A stretch of 64,000 bases of DNA from Candidatus Pacebacteria bacterium GW2011_GWA1_46_10 (GCA_001002135.1 LCLP01000001.1:294274-358273); one strand, 5' to 3'; counted from the first letter of the stretch, positions 9,621 through 19,551 are shown. Notes: generated by a model not told the origin, from the sequence alone. A program made the numbers and translations.

Positions 9621-10553
9621 TTACGTCCCACAGCTGGCGCCGGCACTTTGCGTACCTGGTACGGTGCCGATTTGTTTTTTGACTTGTTGATAGCCTTGGG
9701 CGCTACTAAACTCAGCAGACAGTGCTCGTTTGGGATCAACGTCCGCCCAAGCAGTATTTTCTTTGGTTTGGAAATAATAGGCCAGATCGATATAGGTTTG
9801 ACTAAACCAGTAGGAGTTGAAAGCCAAGGCGGCTCGGTAAATATCCTCCTCGTTATAGTCTTGACTGACCATCAGTTCAATCAGGCCCAGAATAGCCATA
9901 CCATGGTTACAGTCGGGGAAAGAGGTGGGATTGCCGCAGCATGGTCGGTAGATATTTTGGGCGATGCGATCAACCATCACTTGTTGTTCATTGGTGAGTG
10001 GAATAATGTCAGCAGAAGAGTAGAGTTTAACCGCGTCTTTGGCGCCCAGTGTCCAGCCGCCAGTCGAGGCGAAATTGCCGACGCGGTCTTTGTATTGAGT
10101 ACCCATCACGCCTTTATCCAACACGTCCGAGCGCTGGGTCAACCCAAGCGCCCACAGCGTGTTAACCCAGAAATAGGCGGTGTCTTTGTTGATGGTAATA
10201 CTTTTGTTGTTATCACTGGTGAGGTAGGTCATCAGCTGGGTATATTGGGGGTCATCGTAATTTTGCTGGTACTTGGCCAGGTCAATCCCGCCGGCCGCCA
10301 CCAGTTTTTGACCGGTATCACCCCAGTTGACCACCACGGTATAGCCTTCTGCCGGCACCACTTGGGCGGCCAGGGTTTGAGCGGTTAACTCAGTGGTCGG
10401 GGTTGATTGGGCTGTTTTACTAATCAGTTGCGCCAGGCGATTGCTCGGCCTGAGCTGAACCTCAAAAAAGTATGACCAGCCTGTCAGTACAATGATGGCC
10501 GCGATTAAAATGGTAATGATTTTAGTGGTTTGGTGGGTGAAAATCTTTTTCAC
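9621..10553 (-). CDS. secreted/anchored hypothetical protein with Cys/His cluster (CCGNPTSFPDCNHG)
   Basis: N-terminal TM/signal anchor. Conserved-looking CC...C.H cluster. Lies between two DUF1573 genes. Confidence 0.55.
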   Translation of the reverse strand: MKKIFTHQTTKIITILIAAIIVLTGWSYFFEVQLRPSNRLAQLISKTAQSTPTTELTAQTLAAQVVPAEGYTVVVNWGDTGQKLVAAGGIDLAKYQQNYDDPQYTQLMTYLTSDNNKSITINKDTAYFWVNTLWALGLTQRSDVLDKGVMGTQYKDRVGNFASTGGWTLGAKDAVKLYSSADIIPLTNEQQVMVDRIAQNIYRPCCGNPTSFPDCNHGMAILGLIELMVSQDYNEEDIYRAALAFNSYWFSQTYIDLAYYFQTKENTAWADVDPKRALSAEFSSAQGYQQVKKQIGTVPGTQSAGASCGT

Positions 10554-10570
10554 GGATGGTCCTTCTTTTT

Positions 10571-11083
10571 TTAACGACTGACTATGCCTTTCACTGAAAA
10601 TTGTAACTGCGGTTGGCTAGGATCGTTAGTGGCCACGGTCACGAACCGATCAATTGGGCCAACGCCATTGGGACCGTGAAAAGCCGGGTCAAAAACGACG
10701 ATCAATTTGGCTTCTTGCTGCGGCGGTACTTCGAACACATACGCTGATTTATTATGCATGCCAAAGGCTGGTGACACGGTATCACCCAGTTTGAGTTGGG
10801 CGGTGGTGCAGGCGCAGGAAGTGACGACCTCGGAGAGTTTCAGCGGATCAGTACCCTCATTTTTAATCTTAAACGTGGCTTCTTTGTTGCCCTCACTCAT
10901 CACAATATTGCCCCAATCAAGCGAGGATTCATCGATGACAGCGGCCTTGGCATTGCTGGCAGTATTGGTTGGTATTTGAGCAGACGGCTTGGGGTTGGTC
11001 ATTCTAGTGGCGAGCACAATGCCTCCCAAGAGTAAAAAGGCCGTGACCGCCACGACGGCGATGATGAATTTTTTGTCGTTCAT
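10571..11083 (-). CDS. DUF1573-domain protein (membrane-anchored)
   Basis: N-terminal TM segment, TSCACT hallmark motif, Ig-like beta-rich sequence. Confidence 0.7.
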   Translation of the reverse strand: MNDKKFIIAVVAVTAFLLLGGIVLATRMTNPKPSAQIPTNTASNAKAAVIDESSLDWGNIVMSEGNKEATFKIKNEGTDPLKLSEVVTSCACTTAQLKLGDTVSPAFGMHNKSAYVFEVPPQQEAKLIVVFDPAFHGPNGVGPIDRFVTVATNDPSQPQLQFSVKGIVSR

Positions 11084-11574
11084 GAGAGTTCCTTTAAGTA
11101 ATATTTATTCGGATTTTTGTGAAATGCTTTAAAACAGCCGCTGGCACAAAAGTAATAGGTATGCTCGGCATGACGAGCATAAAAACCGGCCGTTTTTGGT
11201 GAGACTCTCATCCCACAGACAGGATCGTGCACCAGAGGGACAAGGTCTTTCATTTTGAGTGTCATGGCATCAGCTAAGCCTTTTTCATGGTGTTGATCGA
11301 GGAGCATTTCCCGCATCAGATCGTTGGCTTGGATAATATTAGGGTGGGCCAGTTCATAAAAAATTTGCTTGCCGTCACGACGGGCGTTCACAATGCCGGC
11401 ATCTTTTAAAATCATCAAGTGTTGGCTGATGTTGGCTTGGGGGAGATCGAGCATGGTATGAATGTCAGTCACTGACAATTCCTGATCACGCAATAAATGA
11501 ATGATTTCCAGGCGTCGGGAGTTGGCCATCGCCTTTAAAAGCTGTTCGTGAAGTTCAAAGAGCTCTTGATACAT
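11080..11574 (-). CDS. ArsR/SmtB-family metalloregulator with C-terminal YHS/TRASH metal-binding domain
   Basis: ArsR wHTH (ELSVTDIHTMLDLPQANISQHLMILKDAGIV) followed by HDPVCGMRV...YFCASGCFKAFHKNP. Confidence 0.85.
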   Translation of the reverse strand: MYQELFELHEQLLKAMANSRRLEIIHLLRDQELSVTDIHTMLDLPQANISQHLMILKDAGIVNARRDGKQIFYELAHPNIIQANDLMREMLLDQHHEKGLADAMTLKMKDLVPLVHDPVCGMRVSPKTAGFYARHAEHTYYFCASGCFKAFHKNPNKYYLKELS

Positions 11575-11594
11575 ATTCGGATTTTAGAATATGT
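11571..11594. promoter_or_regulatory. 8-bp-arm inverted repeat ACATATTC-n8-GAATATGT overlapping the ArsR start codon (candidate ArsR operator)
   Basis: Perfect inverted repeat read directly in the sequence. Located in the divergent promoter region between the arsR-like gene and the giant surface protein gene. Confidence 0.4.
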
Positions 11595-11710
11595 TACTAG
11601 TTGCTGTCAACTGGTGAAAATGTTCAATGTATTGTCAGTGAGAAATTGTACGATTTCCGCTTGCTTTTTTGAGCTTATAATATATAGTAGCGCCCAGTCT
11701 GCCCAAACTT

Positions 11711-14700
11711 ATGTTAGCTAGTAGAGCAAACTGGCGTATTACCAAGAAAATGAGGCAGGGTGTTTCTGTTTTTATTTTCTATTTCTATTCGCTTTTCTCC
11801 CTTTTCTTTCCACTCTTAACTATTACTACTGCTCCCGCCTACGCGCAGGAAACCACTGAGGTTGTCACTACAGAACCCACACCTACTCAAGAACAAGAAT
11901 CAACGTCGGAACCAGAGCAGACCCCCTCACCGGAGCCAACGGTATCGGTCGAGCCCACGCCAACCGTGGAACCGACTGCTGAATCAACCCCTGAATTAAC
12001 CCCAGAACCGACCATCGAACCGACGCCTGAACCAACGGTTGAGGAACAACCCACAGAGGTTTTGGGTGAAACTGCAGTGAATGAGGAGGAAACACAGCTT
12101 AATGTCGCTTTAGTGCCATCAGCGCTGACCACGGAAGAAGAGCAGGTTATTGATGATTCACCGATTAGTGAGTCAGAGAGCAGTGCGACTCTGGCTACTG
12201 ACAAATCAGACTATACTCCGAACGAAACGGCCACGATCACTGGTTCAGGCTTAGAGCCTAATACTACCTATACTATTGTTATCTCTTCCAATGATGATCC
12301 GGCAGTTCGCCATGAAGGCACGTTTACCACTTCAGCTGAGGGTAGCTTTGTCTACACCTATCAACTAGACGGAGCCTATCGGCCAAATTACTCGGTCGAA
12401 ATTAAAGACGCTTCCGGTGCGCTGATTGCCACTACCAGTTTCACCGACTCACATATTGCCAGTCACGTCTGTACTACTGACGCTCAGGGTGCTGATGATG
12501 AACCAGGTCAAAAAGATTTGACTCAAATGTGTTACGACTATAGTGGTTTATCTACCTCGATCACAACCGAATGGAACTGGGATGACACAGCCTGGCCTGG
12601 CACTAACACTGGCGATGCGTGTGCATTGTTTGATAATGATGGCAATGGTTTTGCTGATTATGCGACTTGCGTTACAGTAGAAGATGGACCGCCGGCGGTG
12701 CAAAAAACAGATCCTCCAGGCAGTCCACGTGTCTTTACTTGTAATGATTCGCGTGCTGATCGATGTGCTGGAGCTGTTCTTGTGGCCGGTCCTTATTCCA
12801 CCAATTGTGCTGTCAGCCAGCAGGCAACACAACCTTTTGCTGCCGGCGATAGCACTCCCAATGACACCGTGGCTGCTTGTACGATTTTCATGAGTGAAGT
12901 GGGCAGCGGCACGGCGCAATTAGTAGATGTTTGTTCATTCCCATCGGATAACCCAAATTCAGATCCTTCTGACTGTATTAGAGCTGCTGCCAGAACTGGC
13001 AAGCTAGAGGTTGTCAAAGACCTTATACCAAGCGATGACAGTGGGCGTTTCAATTTACAAATCGACGGGTCAACCTTTTCAATAGATGCTGGTGATGGGG
13101 GAACGACAGGAGAACAAATTGTTAGTCTCGGCGATCACACTGTCGGTGAAACAGCTGGCACTAGTACTTCCTTGGCCAATTACGATACAGCTATCTCATG
13201 CAGAGATCTCAATGGGATTGGTGATCCCGCCATAGCTTCGAGCACTGACAGCGGTCCTTTGACTGTCAACATCGTTGATGGGGCAGATGTCATTTGCACT
13301 ATTACCAATACTCTCAGTCAGGGCACTCTCATTGTTGAAAAAGTAGTGATCAATGATGATGGTGGTTTACTTGGAGCTGATGACTTTTCCTATCAAATTG
13401 ACGGCGGCACCGCGATTCCTTTTGAGGCTGATGGTTCTAATTCACAAACTCTAGATGCTGGGATTTATGATGTGACCGAACCAGCGGTGGCTGGTTATAG
13501 CACGACTTATGAGAATTGTACTGATGTTGTAGTGCCACCGAATGGCGAAGCTACTTGTACGATTACTAATAATGATATTGCTCCCCTGCTGACCGTCACC
13601 AAGATTGTGGTGGGTGGCGCGGCATTGGTGAGCGACTTTGATTTATTTGTGGGTGCCACTCAAGTCACCAGTGGTGTACAAAACGAGTTTGCGGTTGGTG
13701 ATTATGTGGTCAGCGAAACTCCGGAGACAGGTTATACCGGCGCCATCAGTGGTGACTGCGATGAAAACGGCAATGTCTCACTGGCGCTAGCTGATGTCAA
13801 AGAGTGTACGATCACCAACACCCGCGACACGGGCACGATCACGGTTATTAAAGAGGTTGAGCCGGATGACAGCTCCAGCTGGGATATTGAAATTGGCGGC
13901 CCAACTTTAAATAGCGATACGCTGGGAGATGGTGAATCTACTGGCGCGCTGGTTTCTTACACCGGCACATATACCATTACCGAAACCGGCGATACTGGCA
14001 CTGACGCTGGTGACTACAACAGTTTGTATGTCTGTTCAAATGGTTTAGACCCAGTGACTTCTGGTGTTGGCACTTCACTTGGTTTTACTTTGAATAAAGG
14101 GGAAAACATTGTTTGTACTTTCACCAATGAAATCAAACGCGGCAGTATTTTTGGCTATAAATATGAAGATTTAAGCGGCGACTTGTCAGATGATGGCGAT
14201 CAAACACCAGTGCAAGGATTACTCGTACAGTTATGGCAGTGGGTGGTCGACCAATTTATTGACACTGGTCTGTCAGATACCACCGATGCTAATGGCTACT
14301 ATGAATTCCTGAATTTATTGCCAGCTTTATATCAAGTGAGAGAAGTCTTGAATTCGTTGGGTGGCGGCTGGACCAATGTAAGCTCAACCACATCCACTGA
14401 TATTACTCTTGAGCCAGACGACCGAGAACAGCGTGATTTTGTAAATACCCAGTATGCTTCGATTACGATTTACAAAGATCTGGATACAGATGGTGATGGT
14501 CAAGTTGATGTCCTTGGCACCACTGCTTGGACTTGGGATTTAACTAACGGTGACCAGGATATTCCCACTGGCAGTTCAGCAGATGAGCTTTTACCTGGAG
14601 ACTACACCTTTGGCGAAGACCAACAGCCTGGTTATCACGTCACTGATTTAACCTGCGGCCAAGTGAACTATGGCGCAGTGGAAAGCCAGCAAGTGACTTT

Positions 14701-17700
14701 GAGTTCTGGTGAAGACCTTGAGTGCACTTTCACCAACACCCGCGACACCGGTACGATTAAAATTGTTAAACAAACCAACCCTGACGGCAGCCCGGTAGAC
14801 TTTACTTTTAGCGGTGACTTGGCAGGGCAAATTTCCGACGGTGAAGATTTAAACCTGGTTGTACCCACTGGTAGTTATAGTTCAATAGAAACCGTGCCTT
14901 CAGGTTGGACACTTGATTCGATTGTCTGCGACGACTCAAACAGCACAGGTGATACTGAAACAGGAACTGCCTCATTCAATGTTGAGACAGATGAGGTAGT
15001 CACTTGTACCTTTACTAATACTCAACAAAGCAGAATTGTTATCGCTAAAGAGACTGACCCTGATGGCAGCGGTCAGTCATTTCACTTCAACGCCAGCTAC
15101 GATGTCGATGGCTTTGATCTCACCGACGGCAATTCCAACACCAGTGTTTATTTAGCACCCGGTCTCTACTCTGTCAGCGAAGTTGTTCCTTCAGGTTGGG
15201 ATAATATCAGCGCGGTTTGTTCCGACCAAAGCAATCCGAATGAAATCAGTTTACAGGCTGGGGAAGCGGTGACATGTACCTTTACCAATGGTCAGTTGCC
15301 GCAGTTAACCGTCACTAAAATTGTTACTAATGATAATGGGGGCACAAAAGACGTGGCCGATTTCCCGCTTTTCGTTGATGGGAATGGGGTAACATCTGGG
15401 GCAACTAACACGTATCAGCCGGATGATTACGTAGTCAGTGAAACAGGGAATCCAGGTTATAGTGCCGCCATCGGCGACGAATGTGACGAGAATGGTAATG
15501 TCAGCTTAGCTTATGGAAACAATAAAACTTGTACCATCACTAATGATGATGTTCCACCACAACTTCATTTGAGAAAAGAAGTTCTAACCGATAATGGAGG
15601 CATTGCTTCGGAAACAGATTGGACTCTTTCGGCAACAGGAACGGTGGTTGAACCGACAAACTTGGAAGGAACTACGCCGGTTGATAGCGGATTAGACTTT
15701 AAAGTCGATACTTATACTTTAGCTGAAATAGGCGGTCCATCTGGATATTCTGCTTCTTCATGGGTCTGTGACGGCGGTTCCCAAGATGGTGACGAGATTA
15801 CAGTAGATTTGGGTGACGATGTAACCTGTACTGTTACTAATGATGATCAGACTGGAAGATTGGTGGTAGTAAAAGTTTTGATAAATGACAACGGCGGAGA
15901 TTTACATAATGAAGACTTTTCTTATATGGTTAACGACGGACTTTCGATATTTTTCGAAGCCGACGGACAAAATGAAGAAACGGTTGATGCTGGAAATTAC
16001 ACAATAGTCGAAGATGCTGTAGAAGGTTATGAAACAATCTATGATAACTGCGACGAAGTATTTGTTCCCAACGGCGGATCAGCTACTTGTACCATTACTA
16101 ATGATGATATTGCCCCGACACTGAAATTAGTCAAAGAAGTTACCAATGACGACGGCGGAAATGCAGTTGCTGGTGATTGGGATTTGACTGCAGCCGGCAA
16201 CGGCGGATTCACCGATCAAGGCGATTCAACTACTTTCCACACCGTTTTAGCCAATGAGCCTTACACCCTTTCCGAATCGACAGTCGCCGGTTATACCCCA
16301 AGCAGTTGGGATTGTGACAATGACGGATTGCGAGAAGATGTTGTTCTATTAGGACCGGGGGAAAACGTTACTTGTACCATCACTAATGATGATATTGCCC
16401 CGACGGTTACCTTAATCAAGGAGGTTGTCGGCGGTTCGGCCGAAGTGAGCGACTTCAGTCTCTATCTGGGAGGCAGTCAGGTGACCTCGGGTGATGCCAA
16501 TTCTGTTTTCGCCAATACTCCCTATAGCATTGATGAAGACTGGGCTTCTGGATACTCATTTACCTCTCTCACCGGTGACGCTAAATGCCCTGCGGTTCTG
16601 GGTGGCACGGTAACCCTCGATGAAGATGAGGATATTACCTGTACGATCACCAACACGCGCGACACCGGCACCATTATTGTCCACAAAATCATTGATGCCG
16701 ATGGCGACCTTAACACGACTGACGATCAATTCCCAGGTGAAGATTGGGAGATGGACGTTGATGGCGACAGCGAAGACACCTCAGATCTTGAACTACAGAA
16801 CACAGACAGCAATGGTGAAACTACTTTCTCTGATTTAAAAACCGGTGACTACGATGTCTTTGAAACATTGCAGGATGGCTATGACATGCTCGATGCTTAC
16901 TGTGACGGGGAAAATGGCTCATGGGACGGCGGCATTTATGGAGTTGAAGTTGATGCTGAAGAGACGGTTAATTGTACCTTTATCAACTCACCCAATGGGA
17001 CGATTCATGGTCAAAAATGGCATGACATCGACGGCAATGGCTTCTGGGATTTCGAAGAGCCAGCACTCGGTGGATGGCGGATTTTCTTAGACGAGAACGA
17101 CAATCAAACTTGGGATAACGGTGAAGAATATATGTTCACCGATGATGACCAAGAACTGGGTTGGTATTGGTTTGAGCAGCTTTTTCCAGGTACATACACA
17201 GTGTGTGAGGAGACACAGCCAGGCTGGATCCAGACCTCTTCGCCAATTTGTCACACCGTTGATGTCAATAACGGCGGCGAAAACAGCTGTATCGGTGAAC
17301 GGCAAATCAATTCAGTTGACGGCGAAACCTGCAATTTCGGCAACCAAGAACAGGATCCAGTCCTGACCCTGACAAAATCGAACGATACCGGTGGTGCTGA
17401 TGAAACACCTGGCGGCTCAGTCTTATTTACCTTGACAGTGACTGCGACGGAAAGCGCGGCGCTCAACGTGGAGGTGACTGATTTACCAGCCGGTGGTTTC
17501 ACTTACCAGCCAGGCAGTTTCACCGCGACCTCAAATATTAACGGCGCCTTGAGCATTCCAGAACCGGTTTATGCCTCACCAGGCGTCTGGCAACTGGGTG
17601 ATATGGCAGAAGATGAAGTCATTACCTTGACGTACTTAGCCACGATCAGCAATGAACAGCAAGCTGGTCTCTATCAAGACTTGGCCTGGGCACAAGGAGA

Positions 17701-17953
17701 GACGTTGGCCAGTGAACAAGTGCTCGCCAATCTGGACACCGACCCCACTTACTTTGTTGGGACTGAAGTAAACGTAGTCAGAGACGATCAGGATGTGGCT
17801 TCAGCTTCAATTCAGGGACAAGTGTTAGGGGCGACCACCGAGTTGCCGGCTACTGGAGCGCGAACGTTCTGGCTCATTTTAAGCTTCTTACTGATCGTTG
17901 CGGGTGGGTATGGCTTAAAACTTGGCCTTGCTCTGCGAAAGAAATATGCTTAA
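11711..17953 (+). CDS. Giant LPXTG-anchored repetitive cell-surface protein (about 2080 aa) with many prealbumin/Cna-B-like (DUF11-type) repeats
   Basis: Signal peptide (likely start at MRQGV, 11753), Pro/Thr/Glu-rich linker, then about 15 repeats with recurring C-T-I-T-N-(T/D)-RDTGTI and TVTKIV.NDNGG motifs. C-terminal LPATG, hydrophobic stretch and RKKYA sorting signal. Confidence 0.85.
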   Translation: MLASRANWRITKKMRQGVSVFIFYFYSLFSLFFPLLTITTAPAYAQETTEVVTTEPTPTQEQESTSEPEQTPSPEPTVSVEPTPTVEPTAESTPELTPEPTIEPTPEPTVEEQPTEVLGETAVNEEETQLNVALVPSALTTEEEQVIDDSPISESESSATLATDKSDYTPNETATITGSGLEPNTTYTIVISSNDDPAVRHEGTFTTSAEGSFVYTYQLDGAYRPNYSVEIKDASGALIATTSFTDSHIASHVCTTDAQGADDEPGQKDLTQMCYDYSGLSTSITTEWNWDDTAWPGTNTGDACALFDNDGNGFADYATCVTVEDGPPAVQKTDPPGSPRVFTCNDSRADRCAGAVLVAGPYSTNCAVSQQATQPFAAGDSTPNDTVAACTIFMSEVGSGTAQLVDVCSFPSDNPNSDPSDCIRAAARTGKLEVVKDLIPSDDSGRFNLQIDGSTFSIDAGDGGTTGEQIVSLGDHTVGETAGTSTSLANYDTAISCRDLNGIGDPAIASSTDSGPLTVNIVDGADVICTITNTLSQGTLIVEKVVINDDGGLLGADDFSYQIDGGTAIPFEADGSNSQTLDAGIYDVTEPAVAGYSTTYENCTDVVVPPNGEATCTITNNDIAPLLTVTKIVVGGAALVSDFDLFVGATQVTSGVQNEFAVGDYVVSETPETGYTGAISGDCDENGNVSLALADVKECTITNTRDTGTITVIKEVEPDDSSSWDIEIGGPTLNSDTLGDGESTGALVSYTGTYTITETGDTGTDAGDYNSLYVCSNGLDPVTSGVGTSLGFTLNKGENIVCTFTNEIKRGSIFGYKYEDLSGDLSDDGDQTPVQGLLVQLWQWVVDQFIDTGLSDTTDANGYYEFLNLLPALYQVREVLNSLGGGWTNVSSTTSTDITLEPDDREQRDFVNTQYASITIYKDLDTDGDGQVDVLGTTAWTWDLTNGDQDIPTGSSADELLPGDYTFGEDQQPGYHVTDLTCGQVNYGAVESQQVTLSSGEDLECTFTNTRDTGTIKIVKQTNPDGSPVDFTFSGDLAGQISDGEDLNLVVPTGSYSSIETVPSGWTLDSIVCDDSNSTGDTETGTASFNVETDEVVTCTFTNTQQSRIVIAKETDPDGSGQSFHFNASYDVDGFDLTDGNSNTSVYLAPGLYSVSEVVPSGWDNISAVCSDQSNPNEISLQAGEAVTCTFTNGQLPQLTVTKIVTNDNGGTKDVADFPLFVDGNGVTSGATNTYQPDDYVVSETGNPGYSAAIGDECDENGNVSLAYGNNKTCTITNDDVPPQLHLRKEVLTDNGGIASETDWTLSATGTVVEPTNLEGTTPVDSGLDFKVDTYTLAEIGGPSGYSASSWVCDGGSQDGDEITVDLGDDVTCTVTNDDQTGRLVVVKVLINDNGGDLHNEDFSYMVNDGLSIFFEADGQNEETVDAGNYTIVEDAVEGYETIYDNCDEVFVPNGGSATCTITNDDIAPTLKLVKEVTNDDGGNAVAGDWDLTAAGNGGFTDQGDSTTFHTVLANEPYTLSESTVAGYTPSSWDCDNDGLREDVVLLGPGENVTCTITNDDIAPTVTLIKEVVGGSAEVSDFSLYLGGSQVTSGDANSVFANTPYSIDEDWASGYSFTSLTGDAKCPAVLGGTVTLDEDEDITCTITNTRDTGTIIVHKIIDADGDLNTTDDQFPGEDWEMDVDGDSEDTSDLELQNTDSNGETTFSDLKTGDYDVFETLQDGYDMLDAYCDGENGSWDGGIYGVEVDAEETVNCTFINSPNGTIHGQKWHDIDGNGFWDFEEPALGGWRIFLDENDNQTWDNGEEYMFTDDDQELGWYWFEQLFPGTYTVCEETQPGWIQTSSPICHTVDVNNGGENSCIGERQINSVDGETCNFGNQEQDPVLTLTKSNDTGGADETPGGSVLFTLTVTATESAALNVEVTDLPAGGFTYQPGSFTATSNINGALSIPEPVYASPGVWQLGDMAEDEVITLTYLATISNEQQAGLYQDLAWAQGETLASEQVLANLDTDPTYFVGTEVNVVRDDQDVASASIQGQVLGATTELPATGARTFWLILSFLLIVAGGYGLKLGLALRKKYA
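11870..12070 (+). repeat. Degenerate tandem EPTP/PEPT-coding repeats (Pro/Thr/Glu linker) inside the giant gene
   Basis: Repeated gaaccgac.cc units encoding TPEPTVE-like repeats. Confidence 0.5.
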
Positions 17954-18902
17954 ACAATTGAAAAAACTGTTATTCTTACTGCCCTTAATGGTCCTGACAC
18001 TGGTGTTTGCCGGTCGGGTCTTGGCGGCAGCCGGTGATGTCAGTGTCGATATCGAGACCCCCAAGACACCCACTCGTCACAATTCATTGACGATTAACTT
18101 TGTCACTTTAGATATTCAAGGTCGAGCGATCACGGTCAAATGTTACAAAAAAGGACCCAGTGATGGTGGATTTACCCAGTTTGGGGCAGATCTAGCCATC
18201 AGTGCTGGCGGCAATACCGACAACTGTGATGTCACTGGCTCACTGATGAATCAGACAGGCACGTACCAGTTTTACGTCATAGCCACGGCTGGCGGTGACA
18301 CCGCTACCAGCCAGACTGTGTCGGTGGACTACAACACCGATGGACCGAGCACGCCGACTGATTATTCAAAGAGTTTAGCGAACAGCTGCCAATACAAAAT
18401 TCATTTCAAGACTGCCGATGATGGTCAGACTACTAAAGTGGAGATCTACCGCTCAGAGAGCACCACCTTTACGGCTGATGGCGGCACCCGGGTAGCAACC
18501 ATTACCATCGGTCCAAACACCGAGCATGATGCTTACCTTGATAAACCGGATTGTAATAAAGACTACTACTTCGTGATCAGGGCCTTTGACTCGGCCGGTA
18601 ACGGCTCAGGTTTGGTTGGTGACAGTTTGGTGACCGTCACGGCGGCCGGTACGACCGAAGCTGGCAGTACTACTCCGGCGATTGTGGTTTTGAGTGCCGA
18701 GCAGGGCACCGGTTTAGAAGAGGGTGGCGCTGAAGCTGGTCAACTGCCAACTGAGGGCGAAACGGTGACTGGTGAAACTCAAGGGACAATCTTAGGTACG
18801 GAGGCCGTCAAGTATCCTTGGTGGGTTTGGCTTGGTTTCATTCTCTTGTTATTAGCGATCGCTGCCTATGTCTTCAAAAAAGTTAAAGCAGCGCGAGCAT
18901 AA
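17946..18902 (+). CDS. Secreted, C-terminally membrane-anchored accessory protein (sortase-operon associated)
   Basis: Signal peptide MLKQLKKLLFLLPLMVLTLVFA. C-terminal TM helix and KKVKAARA tail without a canonical LPXTG. The ATG overlaps the giant gene's TAA (ATGCTTAA). Confidence 0.6.
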   Translation: MLKQLKKLLFLLPLMVLTLVFAGRVLAAAGDVSVDIETPKTPTRHNSLTINFVTLDIQGRAITVKCYKKGPSDGGFTQFGADLAISAGGNTDNCDVTGSLMNQTGTYQFYVIATAGGDTATSQTVSVDYNTDGPSTPTDYSKSLANSCQYKIHFKTADDGQTTKVEIYRSESTTFTADGGTRVATITIGPNTEHDAYLDKPDCNKDYYFVIRAFDSAGNGSGLVGDSLVTVTAAGTTEAGSTTPAIVVLSAEQGTGLEEGGAEAGQLPTEGETVTGETQGTILGTEAVKYPWWVWLGFILLLLAIAAYVFKKVKAARA

Positions 18903-19503
18903 ATTGTTCGCCAATGGTTTGATTGCAGCCAGTGTGGTAGTGCTTGGTGTGGGATTAGTGATTTTGGTGGCGACTTTCTACCCGGTACTCAAACATGAAA
19001 CGCAATACGCGGTCAGGCAAATGCAGAACACTTCTCCAGCAGAGATTACGCCGGTCAACACCGAGTTTGGCATTGTCATCCCCAAAATCGGGGCTAACTC
19101 CCGAGTGATTGCCAACGTCGATCCGTATGATAGTCAACTTTATCAACGGGCACTGGCCCAAGGCGTGGCGCACGCGGCTGGGACAGTATTACCGGGTGAA
19201 ATCGGCAACAGTTTTCTTTTTTCCCATTCATCAGTTGATTTTTTCGAGGCTCGTCGGTTCAACTCAATTTTTTACCTACTTAATAAATTGGCGGTTGGTG
19301 ATGAGATCGATATTTACTTGAAAGAAGAAAAACTAGTTTTTCGAGTGACTGAGATCGGCATGTATAAACCGCAGGCTGTAGAGTTTTTAAGACCTGGTTC
19401 GCGGCAGCGGATTTTGAGACTGATGACCTGTTGGCCGCCTGGCACAACCTTTAAACGTTTGATTGTCACGGCGCAGCTTGAAGCTCCAGCAGTAACTCAG
19501 TGA
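18868..19503 (+). CDS. Sortase (transpeptidase)
   Basis: N-terminal TM anchor. Catalytic-site TLxTC-like LRLMTCWPPG near the C-terminus. Size and layout match a sortase. Confidence 0.8.
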   Translation: MSSKKLKQREHKLFANGLIAASVVVLGVGLVILVATFYPVLKHETQYAVRQMQNTSPAEITPVNTEFGIVIPKIGANSRVIANVDPYDSQLYQRALAQGVAHAAGTVLPGEIGNSFLFSHSSVDFFEARRFNSIFYLLNKLAVGDEIDIYLKEEKLVFRVTEIGMYKPQAVEFLRPGSRQRILRLMTCWPPGTTFKRLIVTAQLEAPAVTQ

Positions 19504-19551
19504 TTTTGCTAGACTATCGCGGCTCTTCCGCCTATAATACCAGGCGTCAAC

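Noticed and set aside
9585-10388. 267-aa + strand ORF
   Set aside because: Entirely antisense to two well-supported minus-strand genes (rhodanese-DUF1573 and the 310-aa secreted protein). Low-complexity Gly/Val-rich translation. A shadow ORF.
11883-17502. Multiple 60-120-aa ORFs on both strands inside the giant surface-protein gene
   Set aside because: Shadow ORFs produced by the repetitive, Thr/Gly/Asp-rich coding sequence. The single 2080-aa frame explains the region.
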